Both the position numbers and the translations under genes were made by a program. Positions 37,284 through 46,850 of a DNA stretch of 64,000 nt are shown here, piece by piece. The stretch covers positions 672,001 through 736,000 of the forward strand of contig OY968764.1 of assembly GCA_963695335.1 (NCBI GenBank), written 5' to 3'. How positions within the stretch are numbered: the stretch's first letter is position 1; every line of letters starts with the position of its first letter. The notes under the pieces were generated by a model, which was given only the letters and a program-made list of their open reading frames with translations, was not told the origin of the DNA and did not search any database. Origin of the DNA: an uncultured bacterium. GTDB lineage: Bacteria > Babelota > Babeliae > Babelales > Vermiphilaceae.

Positions 37284-38447
37284 ATGGTTGATGATGAATC
37301 AGTTGTTTCACGAGTTGATGCATTGCTACAGCATGCAATTGAGCACCGTGCATCAGATATTCATCTTGAACCAACACGTGATGAATTACGAGTTCGTTTT
37401 AGAGTTGATGGTATTTTGGTTGATCAACAATCGTTTTCTTCTTGTTTAACGGCATCAATTATTGCACGTCTTAAAATTTTAGCTCATATGGATAGTGCAG
37501 AGCGCAGACTTCCGCAAGATGGTAAATTCCATTTGATGCACGAAGGTAATGAAGTTGATATACGTGTCTCCACATTCCCGTGTTTGCATGGTGAAAAAAT
37601 GGTTGTCCGTATTCTTGATCGGATGCTGCAAACAATTAATCTTGATAATCTTGGTTTTGAGCCCACTATGTTGGATGCATTTAAACGATTAATGCAACGG
37701 CAGAGTGGATTTTTTTTAGTAACTGGTCCAACAGGGTCAGGTAAGACAACAACGTTGTATGCAACCCTGTCTTTATTGCACAACTCAGAAAAAAATATTG
37801 TCACATTAGAAGATCCGGTAGAATATTCTTTGCGTGGTATTACCCAAGCGCAAATCAATCTCCCGGTAGGTTTTACATTTGAAAAAGGGATACGTTCTTT
37901 GGTTCGTCAAGATCCTGATATTATTATGGTGGGTGAAATTAGAGATAAAATTACCGCGCGTATTGCCATAGAAGCCGCGCTGACGGGGCATTTAGTTTTG
38001 AGTACATTGCATACAACAGATGCACCGAGTGCAATTATGCGTTTAATGGATATGGGCATTGAACCATTTTTAATTAACGCAGCACTTTCTGGTGTGCTCG
38101 CGCAACGTTTAGCGCGTAAACTGTGTGGTAATTGCCGCACAACACGTCCTGCAACAGCAGAAGAAAAACAGTTGCTTAAGGAGTATGGAATTAAAAATAT
38201 GGATTTTGTGTATGAATCTCTTGGTTGTGCAGCGTGCGATAATCTTGGATATAAAGGACGTGTGGGAATATTTGAATTGTTAGAAATTTCCCCTGAATTG
38301 CGATCGTTGATTATTAAAAACCCATGCTTTGATGAGATATATAAACAAGCGCTTGCCAATGGTATGAGAACGTTAGAAAGTGACGGTGCGCATAAAGTTA
38401 AAGAGGGTATTATTTCTTTAGCTGAATACGCACGTATTATTACGTAG
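37284..38447 (+). CDS. PilB/GspE-family ATPase, catalytic portion
   Basis: ASDIHLEP, ERRLPQDG, GPTGSGKTTT, EDPVE, RQDPDIIMVGEIRD, TGHLVLSTLH, tetracysteine motif; start could be TTG 37263. Confidence 0.92.
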   Translation: MVDDESVVSRVDALLQHAIEHRASDIHLEPTRDELRVRFRVDGILVDQQSFSSCLTASIIARLKILAHMDSAERRLPQDGKFHLMHEGNEVDIRVSTFPCLHGEKMVVRILDRMLQTINLDNLGFEPTMLDAFKRLMQRQSGFFLVTGPTGSGKTTTLYATLSLLHNSEKNIVTLEDPVEYSLRGITQAQINLPVGFTFEKGIRSLVRQDPDIIMVGEIRDKITARIAIEAALTGHLVLSTLHTTDAPSAIMRLMDMGIEPFLINAALSGVLAQRLARKLCGNCRTTRPATAEEKQLLKEYGIKNMDFVYESLGCAACDNLGYKGRVGIFELLEISPELRSLIIKNPCFDEIYKQALANGMRTLESDGAHKVKEGIISLAEYARIIT

Positions 38448-38449
38448 AT

Positions 38450-39271
38450 TTATTTTTTAAAAGAACCTGTCAATTCTCTATTTCTCAGAGATCTAAAGCA
38501 AGACTTATTTGTAACAATTTTTTCTTCTTGTGATGCAATCAAAATGAGTGGAAAGCGAATTGGAACTATTTTTTCATCGATAATTGATTGCCTAATCGCT
38601 TTATCATTTGAAACGCCATTGGGGCCGTGTTCGAACCGATCAAACTTTCTCCATTCGTTTGTTATACTATCCCATATTTTTTCTGTTCCGTTTTTTCTTA
38701 TTAGTTGAGCATCAATTAATTCTTGTACATTATCTTTTTCATCTATCCAAGTACTTGCCTCTTTGTAAAATTGTTTTTTAGCAAAATTTCTGTCTTGGGC
38801 AAAGCTATTTTTTTTAAGTATTGGATTTTTTGCGCATACTATTTTGACTAAAAATTGTTGATCTTTGAGAGCAGGTTTGTTGGGGTATAGTTGAGCGCCA
38901 GTTTTTTTAACAGTAGTCAGGGTAGAGCCATCGTTGAGATTAAATGTATGTTTTAATGGAATAACTTTTTTAAACGTAATGACTGAAGGATTGTTTAAAT
39001 TTTCTATTATTTTAAATGTCATCACTGGATCTTTAATTGTTGTAGGCAAATTGAGAGCAGTATGAACTGATTTGGTAGCGTATTTGATTGAGGTGTCATA
39101 ATATGGAGATAATTGGCATTCGAGAATCATGGCATGGTATGTAACGACTGTTATATTTTCTGACTCTTTTAGTTGTAGTTGCGGATGATTATTTGGTTTT
39201 TCCATGGCAGCGATAGAGTTGTAGGTAATCATGATGAATATAATGAAGCCGTTTTTTGTGAATGGATTCAT
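38450..39271 (-). CDS. Secreted 'HGPNG' family protein, copy 3
   Basis: Signal + AMEK; KDPV, C.KNP.L, HGPNG shared with 39917-40669 and 40728-41462. Confidence 0.75.
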   Translation of the reverse strand: MNPFTKNGFIIFIMITYNSIAAMEKPNNHPQLQLKESENITVVTYHAMILECQLSPYYDTSIKYATKSVHTALNLPTTIKDPVMTFKIIENLNNPSVITFKKVIPLKHTFNLNDGSTLTTVKKTGAQLYPNKPALKDQQFLVKIVCAKNPILKKNSFAQDRNFAKKQFYKEASTWIDEKDNVQELIDAQLIRKNGTEKIWDSITNEWRKFDRFEHGPNGVSNDKAIRQSIIDEKIVPIRFPLILIASQEEKIVTNKSCFRSLRNRELTGSFKK

Positions 39272-39362
39272 ACAGTTCCTGAATGATTATTTTTTTCTTT
39301 TGAACCTAACATATTTGTTTGGGTGATGCTACCTATGGTTTTATTTGAATGAGTTATTTGGT

Positions 39363-39617
39363 TTATGTTTGTTGTACTTCAAGAAGTTCATATGCTATCT
39401 GTAATCGTAGAAAAAATCCTTCTGATAGTCCAAAAAATTTGCATAATCGTAGGTCGGTATCTGCAGTAATGCTGCGTTCTCCTCGGACGATCGTGTGAAT
39501 TCTATCTGCAGGGACTCCGATGGCTTTGGCCAAAGCGTTTTGACTCATATTGAGTTCATCAAGAAATTCAAATTTTAGCATTTCTCCGGCATGAGGATTA
39601 TGTATTTTTTTCATCAT
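39363..39617 (-). CDS. higA: HigA-family (XRE HTH) antitoxin
   Basis: HNPHAGEML..EFL..LNMSQNALAKAIGV..RSITADTDLRL.KFFG..FFLRLQ..Y. Confidence 0.88.
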   Translation of the reverse strand: MMKKIHNPHAGEMLKFEFLDELNMSQNALAKAIGVPADRIHTIVRGERSITADTDLRLCKFFGLSEGFFLRLQIAYELLEVQQT

Positions 39618-39636
39618 TTACATCAATTGTTAGAGA

Positions 39637-39789
39637 CTAGCGGTTTCCTGCTGCCATATGGCGTGCACGGATACTTGCTTCTGCTTTTTCTTTTGTATTT
39701 GAATGCGCAATGACTTTCCATTTTCCATTTTCATGTTTTAAAATGGGCCAACCTTTAGTTTTTGTTTGTTTACCGACTTTATATGGCAT
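39637..39789 (-). CDS. Small basic hypothetical protein (50 aa)
   Basis: GGAG RBS before ATG; MPYKVGKQTKTKGWPILK... Confidence 0.55.
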   Translation of the reverse strand: MPYKVGKQTKTKGWPILKHENGKWKVIAHSNTKEKAEASIRARHMAAGNR

Positions 39790-39866
39790 GATGCTCTCCA
39801 ATAAGGGTACATTTATCACAAATACATGGTAATTAAAGCGTTCGTTTAAATTCAAGTGATTTAACT

Positions 39867-39917
39867 CATGAATTTTCTTTCAAAAAATACCGGCCTTTTT
39901 AGGGCCGGTTATTTGAT
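39867..39917. repeat. Intergenic hairpin cassette duplicated at 40667-40718
   Basis: CATGA..TTCAAAAAATACCGGCCTTTT.GGGCCGGTTATTTGAT in both copies. Confidence 0.8.
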
Positions 39918-40669
39918 TACTTAACTATTGTTACTGATGATGGTTGGAGTTGTAACGCAGCAGCAATGAATGGTATAATATCTGCTGGAAAAATTTGTTG
40001 ATCACATTGATAATTCTTTAAAAACCAAAGTATGAATGGAATTCTTGGCTTTATCACGTCTTTAAATTGAGCCTTAATCAACGCTTCTTCATTTGGGCAA
40101 CCATTTGGTCCATGTGTCCATATTGTTTGATTATTTACTTCTTTTTCAACTAAAATTTCGGCTGTTGAAAAATCTTCTTTTCTATCAATAGAAAATACTC
40201 GATCATCTGATTGATATTCGTATACTCTGAGAGTCCATGGTGCAAGTGTGTATAGTGGAAGTATTGCAATTTTAAGTTGAGTAAAAAAACTATCACCATA
40301 TAAATTTGGGTTTTCCATACAACGGACCATGATGTTGCGACTATGTTCATTTTTATCTAGCTTCACTTTTAGGCTTAGTAGAGGCTCTTTTGTGTGATAG
40401 GTAAAGAGATATTTAGCTGCTATGAGAGTGTCGTATTTGTCCCATGTTTTGAGATTAGTGATTATGCATAAAACAAGTGGGTCTTTAGGTTTTGAAGGTA
40501 AATTTTTAGGAACTTTCCGATGAAAGTGCCATCCGGTAGTGCAATACATTGCCATGTTTGATTTATGACAAATCATTAAAGTGTGTTCTGCTTCTTTTTC
40601 CATGGCAGTGATTGCATTGCAGGCAATCATCATGAATATCATAAAACTGTTTTTTACAAATAAATTCAT
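39917..40669 (-). CDS. Secreted 'HGPNG' family protein, copy 2
   Basis: MNLFVKNSF..AMEKE; KDPLVLC, CMENPNL, HGPNGCPNEEALIK. Confidence 0.75.
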   Translation of the reverse strand: MNLFVKNSFMIFMMIACNAITAMEKEAEHTLMICHKSNMAMYCTTGWHFHRKVPKNLPSKPKDPLVLCIITNLKTWDKYDTLIAAKYLFTYHTKEPLLSLKVKLDKNEHSRNIMVRCMENPNLYGDSFFTQLKIAILPLYTLAPWTLRVYEYQSDDRVFSIDRKEDFSTAEILVEKEVNNQTIWTHGPNGCPNEEALIKAQFKDVIKPRIPFILWFLKNYQCDQQIFPADIIPFIAAALQLQPSSVTIVK

Positions 40670-40727
40670 GAGTTTTTCTTTCAAAAAATACCGGCCTTTT
40701 TGGGGCCGGTTATTTGATATGATCATA

Positions 40728-41462
40728 CTATTGAGTAATCATCGCATTTATTGATTTTATCAAAGCTTCTTCATTACAACAGCCATTTGGTCCATGGCCA
40801 TATATGTTTTCTTGAGTTATAGTTTTTCCTGGGTGTGAGAGTGTTGGGTTTATCATGAGCATTACGTCTGGATTTTGTTCTTTATCAATATTATGAATTA
40901 TTTCATCCTCTGCACGGACTATTATTCTTTTAAGTTTGAATAGTTTAGCTTTTTTAAAATCATCAAAATTCCAGATAGTTAGTTCTTGAGGATCTTCTTT
41001 GTGTGTATTGTATGCATAGCAGACAAATTTTTCAGGTGTTTCATAGAATGGAGTCATGACATTTCTGAATTGCTCAAGGAAATCATTGCCCTGTAATTTT
41101 GGGTTTTGTGTGCAGCGTGCTGTAATTTTAAAATGATGATTATTGTTATTGGTGTGGTGTATTTCTATTAAAGGCTCTTTTGTCTCAGGTTTGAAAAGAT
41201 ATTTTGCTGCTATGTATGTACGAAATGGTTTGTTTGTTTCAATGTTTGTAATAGTGCATTGAATAACTGGATCTTTAATATCAGAAGGTAAGTTGCTGGG
41301 GGTGCGTGTAGCATGGAATTGTGGCATTGCGTATGCTACATGTTTTATGTGTTGAGAAATCATTAAGGTGTGCGTTGCTTCTTGTTTCATACCCATAATT
41401 GTACCGCTGCCTATGATGAGTGAGAAAATAAGGATATTGAGAAGTTCTGGGAGATTAGTCAT
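40728..41462 (-). CDS. Secreted 'HGPNG' family protein, copy 1
   Basis: Signal + GMKQE; KDPVIQC, CTQNPKL, HGPNGCCNEEALIK. Confidence 0.75.
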   Translation of the reverse strand: MTNLPELLNILIFSLIIGSGTIMGMKQEATHTLMISQHIKHVAYAMPQFHATRTPSNLPSDIKDPVIQCTITNIETNKPFRTYIAAKYLFKPETKEPLIEIHHTNNNNHHFKITARCTQNPKLQGNDFLEQFRNVMTPFYETPEKFVCYAYNTHKEDPQELTIWNFDDFKKAKLFKLKRIIVRAEDEIIHNIDKEQNPDVMLMINPTLSHPGKTITQENIYGHGPNGCCNEEALIKSINAMITQ

Positions 41463-41549
41463 GTGGTCCTTTTGTAGGTTAATGATAATGATTGGGATTA
41501 TGGTAACAGCATGTTCATTTAATGCAAGGGATTTGTTATACTTGTTGGT

Positions 41550-42308
41550 ATGAAAAATAATACCGTTTTGCAGATTAATAACATTTCTGTCTCAGTAAAT
41601 GATAAACCCGTACTTTATGATATTAACTTGAATGTTGATTCTGGCGCTATTCATGCCATCATGGGGCCCAATGGGTCTGGCAAGAGTAGCTTAGCACACG
41701 CTTTAATGGGGTACCCGAGTTATACAATAACGTCAGGAAGCATCCTGTTAAACGATTCTGATCTGTCAATAGCGCACGTTCACGAACGTGCAAAGTCTGG
41801 ATTATTTCTCTCTTTTCAACATCCGTGTGAAATCCCTGGAGTATCTGTTGCTTCCTTTCTGAAGGAAGCGTTTATGGCAGTTACAGGAAAGCATATTTCA
41901 GTTGCTGATTTTCAACACCTATTACTACAATATTGTGAAAAACTATTAATTGCTCCTGCGTTTATCAGCAGAGGCCTTAATGATGGTTTTTCTGGTGGTG
42001 AAAAAAAGAAATTAGAGTTGTTACAGTTGCTAGTTTTGCAACCAAAAGTGGCAATTCTTGATGAGATAGATTCTGGCCTTGATATTGATGCCCTTAAAAT
42101 TGTTGCAGCTGGTATTGCATTAGCGCGTCAAGAAAACCCAGCAATGAGTATTATTTTGATCACTCATTATCAAAGAATTTTAGATTATATTACTCCTGAT
42201 TATGTACACGTTATATGCGATGGACGGATTGTTGCATCGGGCGACGCGCATGTTGCACAAGAATTAGAACAAAAGGGATATGATGGATTCAAACAAATTA
42301 ATCCCTAA
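41550..42308 (+). CDS. sufC: Fe-S assembly ATPase SufC
   Basis: IMGPNGSGKS, GFSGGEKK, LDEIDSGLDIDAL, ITHYQRIL. Confidence 0.95.
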   Translation: MKNNTVLQINNISVSVNDKPVLYDINLNVDSGAIHAIMGPNGSGKSSLAHALMGYPSYTITSGSILLNDSDLSIAHVHERAKSGLFLSFQHPCEIPGVSVASFLKEAFMAVTGKHISVADFQHLLLQYCEKLLIAPAFISRGLNDGFSGGEKKKLELLQLLVLQPKVAILDEIDSGLDIDALKIVAAGIALARQENPAMSIILITHYQRILDYITPDYVHVICDGRIVASGDAHVAQELEQKGYDGFKQINP

Positions 42309-43647
42309 TTATGTTTTTAAAAGTCCAAAGGGCTTGAATAAAGATATAGTCACAGAAATTTCGCGCAAAAAGAATGAACCAGCGTGGATGTTGGAATTCC
42401 GTCTTAAAGCATTAGAAATTTTTGAAAGCAAACCACTGCCAGAGTGGGGTGCAGATTTGTCTGATCTTGATCCAGAAGATATCTATTATTATATCAAGCC
42501 GATAGAAGAGCAGCATACTGAATGGTCTGATGTTCCTGACAAAATAAAACGCACGTTTGAAAAACTGGGCATTCCGCAAGCAGAACAAAAGTTTTTGGCG
42601 GGTGTTGGTGCGCAATTTGAATCAGAAGTTATTTACAAAAATTTGAAAAAAAAATGGGCGCAACAAGGTGTTATTTTTACTGATATGAGCACTGCGCTGC
42701 GTGATCATGAAGAGATTGTTAAAAAATATTTTTCTACCATAATTCCTGCGCATGATAACAAATTTGCTGCACTCAATTCTGCTGTATGGAGCGGTGGCAG
42801 TTTTGTATATGTGCCAGCTGGTGTACGTATTGATATGCCATTGCAAGCATATTTCCGTATTGATTCATCGCAAATGGGGCAGTTTGAGCGTACGCTGATT
42901 ATAGCAGAACCGGGCAGTTTTGTGGAATATGTTGAAGGGTGCAGCGCGCCAATTTATAAAAAAAATTCTTTGCATAGCGCTGTTGTTGAACTTATTGCAT
43001 TGCCTGGTGCACATATCAGATACACCACCATTCAAAATTGGTCACAAAATGTATACAACTTGGTGACCAAGCGTGCAATTGCATACAAAGATGCACGCGT
43101 TGAATGGGTTGATGGCAATTTTGGCAGCAAAGTTACGATGAAATATCCATGTATTGTTTTGGCTGAACCCGGTGCAAAAGGCTCCATTATTTCTCTTGCG
43201 GTAGCAGGTAAAGATCAGCATCAAGATTCTGGTGGTAAAATTATTCATTTGGCGCCGCATACAACTTCAAGCATTATTGCTAAATCATTGAGTAAAGAGG
43301 GTGGGCGATCAAGTTATCGTGGATTACTGAAAGTTATAAGATCGGCACATCACGTAAAATCAAAAGTGCAATGCGATGCGCTTATTTTTGATGATATATC
43401 TCGCACTGATACATATCCAACCATTGATATTCGTGAAGATCAGGTTGATATTGGGCATGAAGCTTCGGTAAGTAAAATAAGTGACGAGCAGTTGTTTTAT
43501 TTGCAATCGCGCGGGCTTAATGAACAATCTGCACGAGCATTAATTGTGAATGGATTTATTGATGCGTTTGTGCAACTGTTGCCCATGGAATATGCGGTGG
43601 AAATTAATCGATTGATTGCAATGGAAATGGAAAATTCAATTGGTTAG
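42283..43647 (+). CDS. sufB: Fe-S assembly protein SufB
   Basis: EPAWMLEFRLKA, NSAVWSGGSF, GQFERTLI, YVEGCSAP, HEASVSKI. Confidence 0.96.
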   Translation: MDSNKLIPNYVFKSPKGLNKDIVTEISRKKNEPAWMLEFRLKALEIFESKPLPEWGADLSDLDPEDIYYYIKPIEEQHTEWSDVPDKIKRTFEKLGIPQAEQKFLAGVGAQFESEVIYKNLKKKWAQQGVIFTDMSTALRDHEEIVKKYFSTIIPAHDNKFAALNSAVWSGGSFVYVPAGVRIDMPLQAYFRIDSSQMGQFERTLIIAEPGSFVEYVEGCSAPIYKKNSLHSAVVELIALPGAHIRYTTIQNWSQNVYNLVTKRAIAYKDARVEWVDGNFGSKVTMKYPCIVLAEPGAKGSIISLAVAGKDQHQDSGGKIIHLAPHTTSSIIAKSLSKEGGRSSYRGLLKVIRSAHHVKSKVQCDALIFDDISRTDTYPTIDIREDQVDIGHEASVSKISDEQLFYLQSRGLNEQSARALIVNGFIDAFVQLLPMEYAVEINRLIAMEMENSIG

Positions 43648-43651
43648 TAAT

Positions 43652-44266
43652 ATGCAAGAATATACTGTTGGTGAAAACCAGCATAAAAATTACTTTTTTT
43701 TAATTGAAACTGCAGGGAATCAGTATATTCGTTTGCATGTTGAACGTAATGCAAATCTTGTGGTAGAAATATTGATTGCATCCACAGCACATGTGCATCT
43801 TGAGTGCATATTATTAGGTGCTGGAGCGCACGTTTCTATTTCTGGTGCATATATTCTTGATGCAGCGCACAAAGTGCAGATTACAACGGTGCAGCATCAT
43901 CGCGCTGCGCACACTTCTAGTACTTTGATTATGAAAGGATTACTGCGCGACAGCGCACAAGCTCAGTATCATGGAACGGTGCGTATTGAAAAAGATGCGC
44001 AGGGCTCTTGTGCATCACAAGAAAATAAAAATATATTGTTGAGTAATCAGGCGCGTGCTGTATCGGTTCCAAATCTAGAAGTGTTGACGCATGATGTGCA
44101 ATGTGCACATGGCAGTGCGGTTGGCAGATTTGACGCAGAGCAGATGTTTTATGCGGCATCGCGTGGTATTGATGAAACAACTGCGCAACGTCTTTTGAGT
44201 CATGCTTTTGTAGCAAATTTGTTTACGGATGAGATGTTAAAAAATAAAGTGATTGAGTTGTTATGA
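43652..44266 (+). CDS. sufD: Short SufD (C-terminal beta-helix core)
   Basis: SVPNLEV..HDVQCAHGSAVG, FYAASRGI; operon position. Confidence 0.85.
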   Translation: MQEYTVGENQHKNYFFLIETAGNQYIRLHVERNANLVVEILIASTAHVHLECILLGAGAHVSISGAYILDAAHKVQITTVQHHRAAHTSSTLIMKGLLRDSAQAQYHGTVRIEKDAQGSCASQENKNILLSNQARAVSVPNLEVLTHDVQCAHGSAVGRFDAEQMFYAASRGIDETTAQRLLSHAFVANLFTDEMLKNKVIELL

Positions 44267-45498
44267 ACACATTTAAAAAATTACGTGCTGATTTTCCCAT
44301 TCTCCAACAAAAAGTGAATGGCTATCCTCTTATTGCATGTGATAATGCTTCTACATCGCACAAGCCGCAATCAGTGATTGATGCAATGGTGCAATTCTAC
44401 ACAACAACAAATGCCAATATTTATCGTGGTATTCATCTTTTTGCAGAACAGGCTACACAACAGTATGAAAATGCGCGTAAAAAAGTGGCCAATTTTATTG
44501 GTGCAGATTCAGAAGAAGTTATTTTTACGCGCGGATGCACATCAAGTATTAACTTTGTTGCAGCAACATGGGCTGATCAAAATATTCAAGCGGGTGATGA
44601 AATTGTTGTAACAGAACTTGAACATCATGCAAATTTAATTCCCTGGCAACGTCTTGCGCAAAAAAAGAGTGCAGTTCTCAAGTTTATTCCTATTTTTCCT
44701 GATGGATCAGTTGATCTTTCTTGTCTTGATTCTATTATTACACACAAAACAAAGCTTGTTTCTGTGATTCATGTCTCCAATGCTGTTGGTACACATGTTG
44801 ATGTTGCAACAATCATTAGACGCGCTCATGCTGTTGGCGCTCGCGTATTAATTGATGCTGCGCAATCAGCACCACATCAAAAAATTAATGTTCATGAACT
44901 TGATTGTGATTTTTTGGTATTTTCAGGGCACAAACTATTAGGTCCAACGGGCATTGGTGTTTTGTATATTAAAAAAGAGTTGCACGATGAAGTTCCTCCG
45001 TATGAAGTTGGTGGCGGCATGGTTGCAAATGTTGATTGCACACATGCAACATGGGCAGCAGCGCCACAAAAATTTGAAGCTGGAACTCCGCCAATAGCGC
45101 AAGCAATTGGGTTAGGTGCAGCAGTTGATTATCTGCAAGTACATATCAAATTTGATGAGCTTATTGCGTATGAAGCGCAACTGTGTACTCGTTTGATTGA
45201 TGGTCTTTCAGAAATTGCGGGTGTTAGAATTTTAGGGCCTATATCAGAACTCAAAGAAAAAGGGCACGTGGTGAGTTTTCTTGTTGAGGGTTACCACAGC
45301 CATGATGTGGCAGCATTTTTAGATTCTCGTGGCATCTCTGTTCGCGCTGGACACCACTGCGCACAACCCTTTGCCAAGAAGTTGGGGTATGATGCTTCCG
45401 TGCGTGTCAGTTTTTATTTTTATAACACTCTCGAAGAAGTTGACGCTATCATTGTGGCGATGCGGGAATTGGTTTCATCTAATCCTGCAATTTTGTAA
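44263..45498 (+). CDS. sufS: Cysteine desulfurase SufS
   Basis: DNASTSHKP, EHHAN, DAAQS, FSGHK (PLP Lys), RAGHHCAQP. Confidence 0.96.
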   Translation: MNTFKKLRADFPILQQKVNGYPLIACDNASTSHKPQSVIDAMVQFYTTTNANIYRGIHLFAEQATQQYENARKKVANFIGADSEEVIFTRGCTSSINFVAATWADQNIQAGDEIVVTELEHHANLIPWQRLAQKKSAVLKFIPIFPDGSVDLSCLDSIITHKTKLVSVIHVSNAVGTHVDVATIIRRAHAVGARVLIDAAQSAPHQKINVHELDCDFLVFSGHKLLGPTGIGVLYIKKELHDEVPPYEVGGGMVANVDCTHATWAAAPQKFEAGTPPIAQAIGLGAAVDYLQVHIKFDELIAYEAQLCTRLIDGLSEIAGVRILGPISELKEKGHVVSFLVEGYHSHDVAAFLDSRGISVRAGHHCAQPFAKKLGYDASVRVSFYFYNTLEEVDAIIVAMRELVSSNPAIL

Positions 45499-45566
45499 GA
45501 AATATATTATTATTTTACTCGTGTAGATGTAATATATTTTTTTTGTGCTTTATAGGGAGTGCTTGC

Positions 45567-46850
45567 ATGCAACAAAATAAATTATTCTTTTTTCTACTTT
45601 TCTTCTTTTTTCACATCTCATGTATGGTTGAGTTTCAATTAATTCCCGTTGAAGCTATGGCTACTCTTATGAGCCATTTGGATTACAAATCAAATGTGCA
45701 ATTAACACGAGTGTGTAAAATATTGCATAATTCTTATAAGCAAAAAAATGAGATTTTATTCACTGATCATTATTTACATCCAACTGATTACATGAATGCA
45801 ATGATTCATTTTTCTCGCAGAAATGACATAAAAAAGGTGAAGCTTTTGATTCGGCATGAGGGAGAGGTTAATAACAATAATAGACTAGATATAGTCTGTT
45901 TTTTTTGGCCTAATAAAGCAACAATATATGAAGATGCTATTGATGTGTATAAAAGAGGATATAATAAAGACAGCATTTTAGATGTTAGAAAGTTAATAAA
46001 AGAACCACCAGTTCTTGAGTTAGTCCTTAAGCAAGGGTATCGGAATTTTAATTATTGTGATGAAGAAGGTGATACTCCTTTACATCGCGTTGTTGATGTT
46101 GGCGATATTGATGCTTGTACAATTTTATTATCACTCGGTGATTTGGTTGATCCTAATATTCAAAATCAAAAAGGTAATACCCCACTTCATTATGCTACTG
46201 TACCCTGTTTTCTTGTGCCTCATAGATATAAGATAGTAAGGCTTTTACTTGATGATGCACGAGTTGATCCCAATCTTAAAAATAATGATGGTTATGCGCC
46301 GTTACATGTAGTTGTGGATCTTTTTTCTTATGTAAATAACCAGGGATCTGAAGCATTAACCTGGTTGCTTGCTGATTCACGAGTTGACCCTAATATTCAA
46401 AGTAACGAAGGTGATACGCTCTTACATATTGTGGCTAATTGTATATGTGTTACAAGCGCTGACAATAGAATCAAAATGTTAAACCATGTATTATCTGATC
46501 CGCGGGTTAAGCCTAACATTCAAAATAATCATGGGAATACGCCTTTATATTCTTCGGTTATATTGAGTAATGTGCAAGTGTTCAAATGCTTACTTGCTGA
46601 TCTACGAGTTGATTGTAATAGTAAAAATAACAGAGGTAACACAGTGTATGATATTGCATTCAACCCAGAGATTAGGCAACTTTTAGCTCCACGTGTGTCT
46701 TTTTTTAATAAAAATAAAAAGGCTATGATGAGATTGGCGCCTCAAATCATAATAATTGGATCATTGATAGGGATTGCTGTTGATGAAGTTTTTTTTGCTG
46801 GGCGCACTTTTGGAGTATGTGATAAGATTGCAAATATGTTGGGACATTAA
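45567..46850 (+). CDS. Secreted F-box-like + ankyrin-repeat protein with C-terminal TM
   Basis: Signal; LIPVEAMATLMSHLDYKSNVQLTRVCK; about six ankyrin repeats (GDTPLH, GNTPLH, DPRVKPN). Confidence 0.85.
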   Translation: MQQNKLFFFLLFFFFHISCMVEFQLIPVEAMATLMSHLDYKSNVQLTRVCKILHNSYKQKNEILFTDHYLHPTDYMNAMIHFSRRNDIKKVKLLIRHEGEVNNNNRLDIVCFFWPNKATIYEDAIDVYKRGYNKDSILDVRKLIKEPPVLELVLKQGYRNFNYCDEEGDTPLHRVVDVGDIDACTILLSLGDLVDPNIQNQKGNTPLHYATVPCFLVPHRYKIVRLLLDDARVDPNLKNNDGYAPLHVVVDLFSYVNNQGSEALTWLLADSRVDPNIQSNEGDTLLHIVANCICVTSADNRIKMLNHVLSDPRVKPNIQNNHGNTPLYSSVILSNVQVFKCLLADLRVDCNSKNNRGNTVYDIAFNPEIRQLLAPRVSFFNKNKKAMMRLAPQIIIIGSLIGIAVDEVFFAGRTFGVCDKIANMLGH

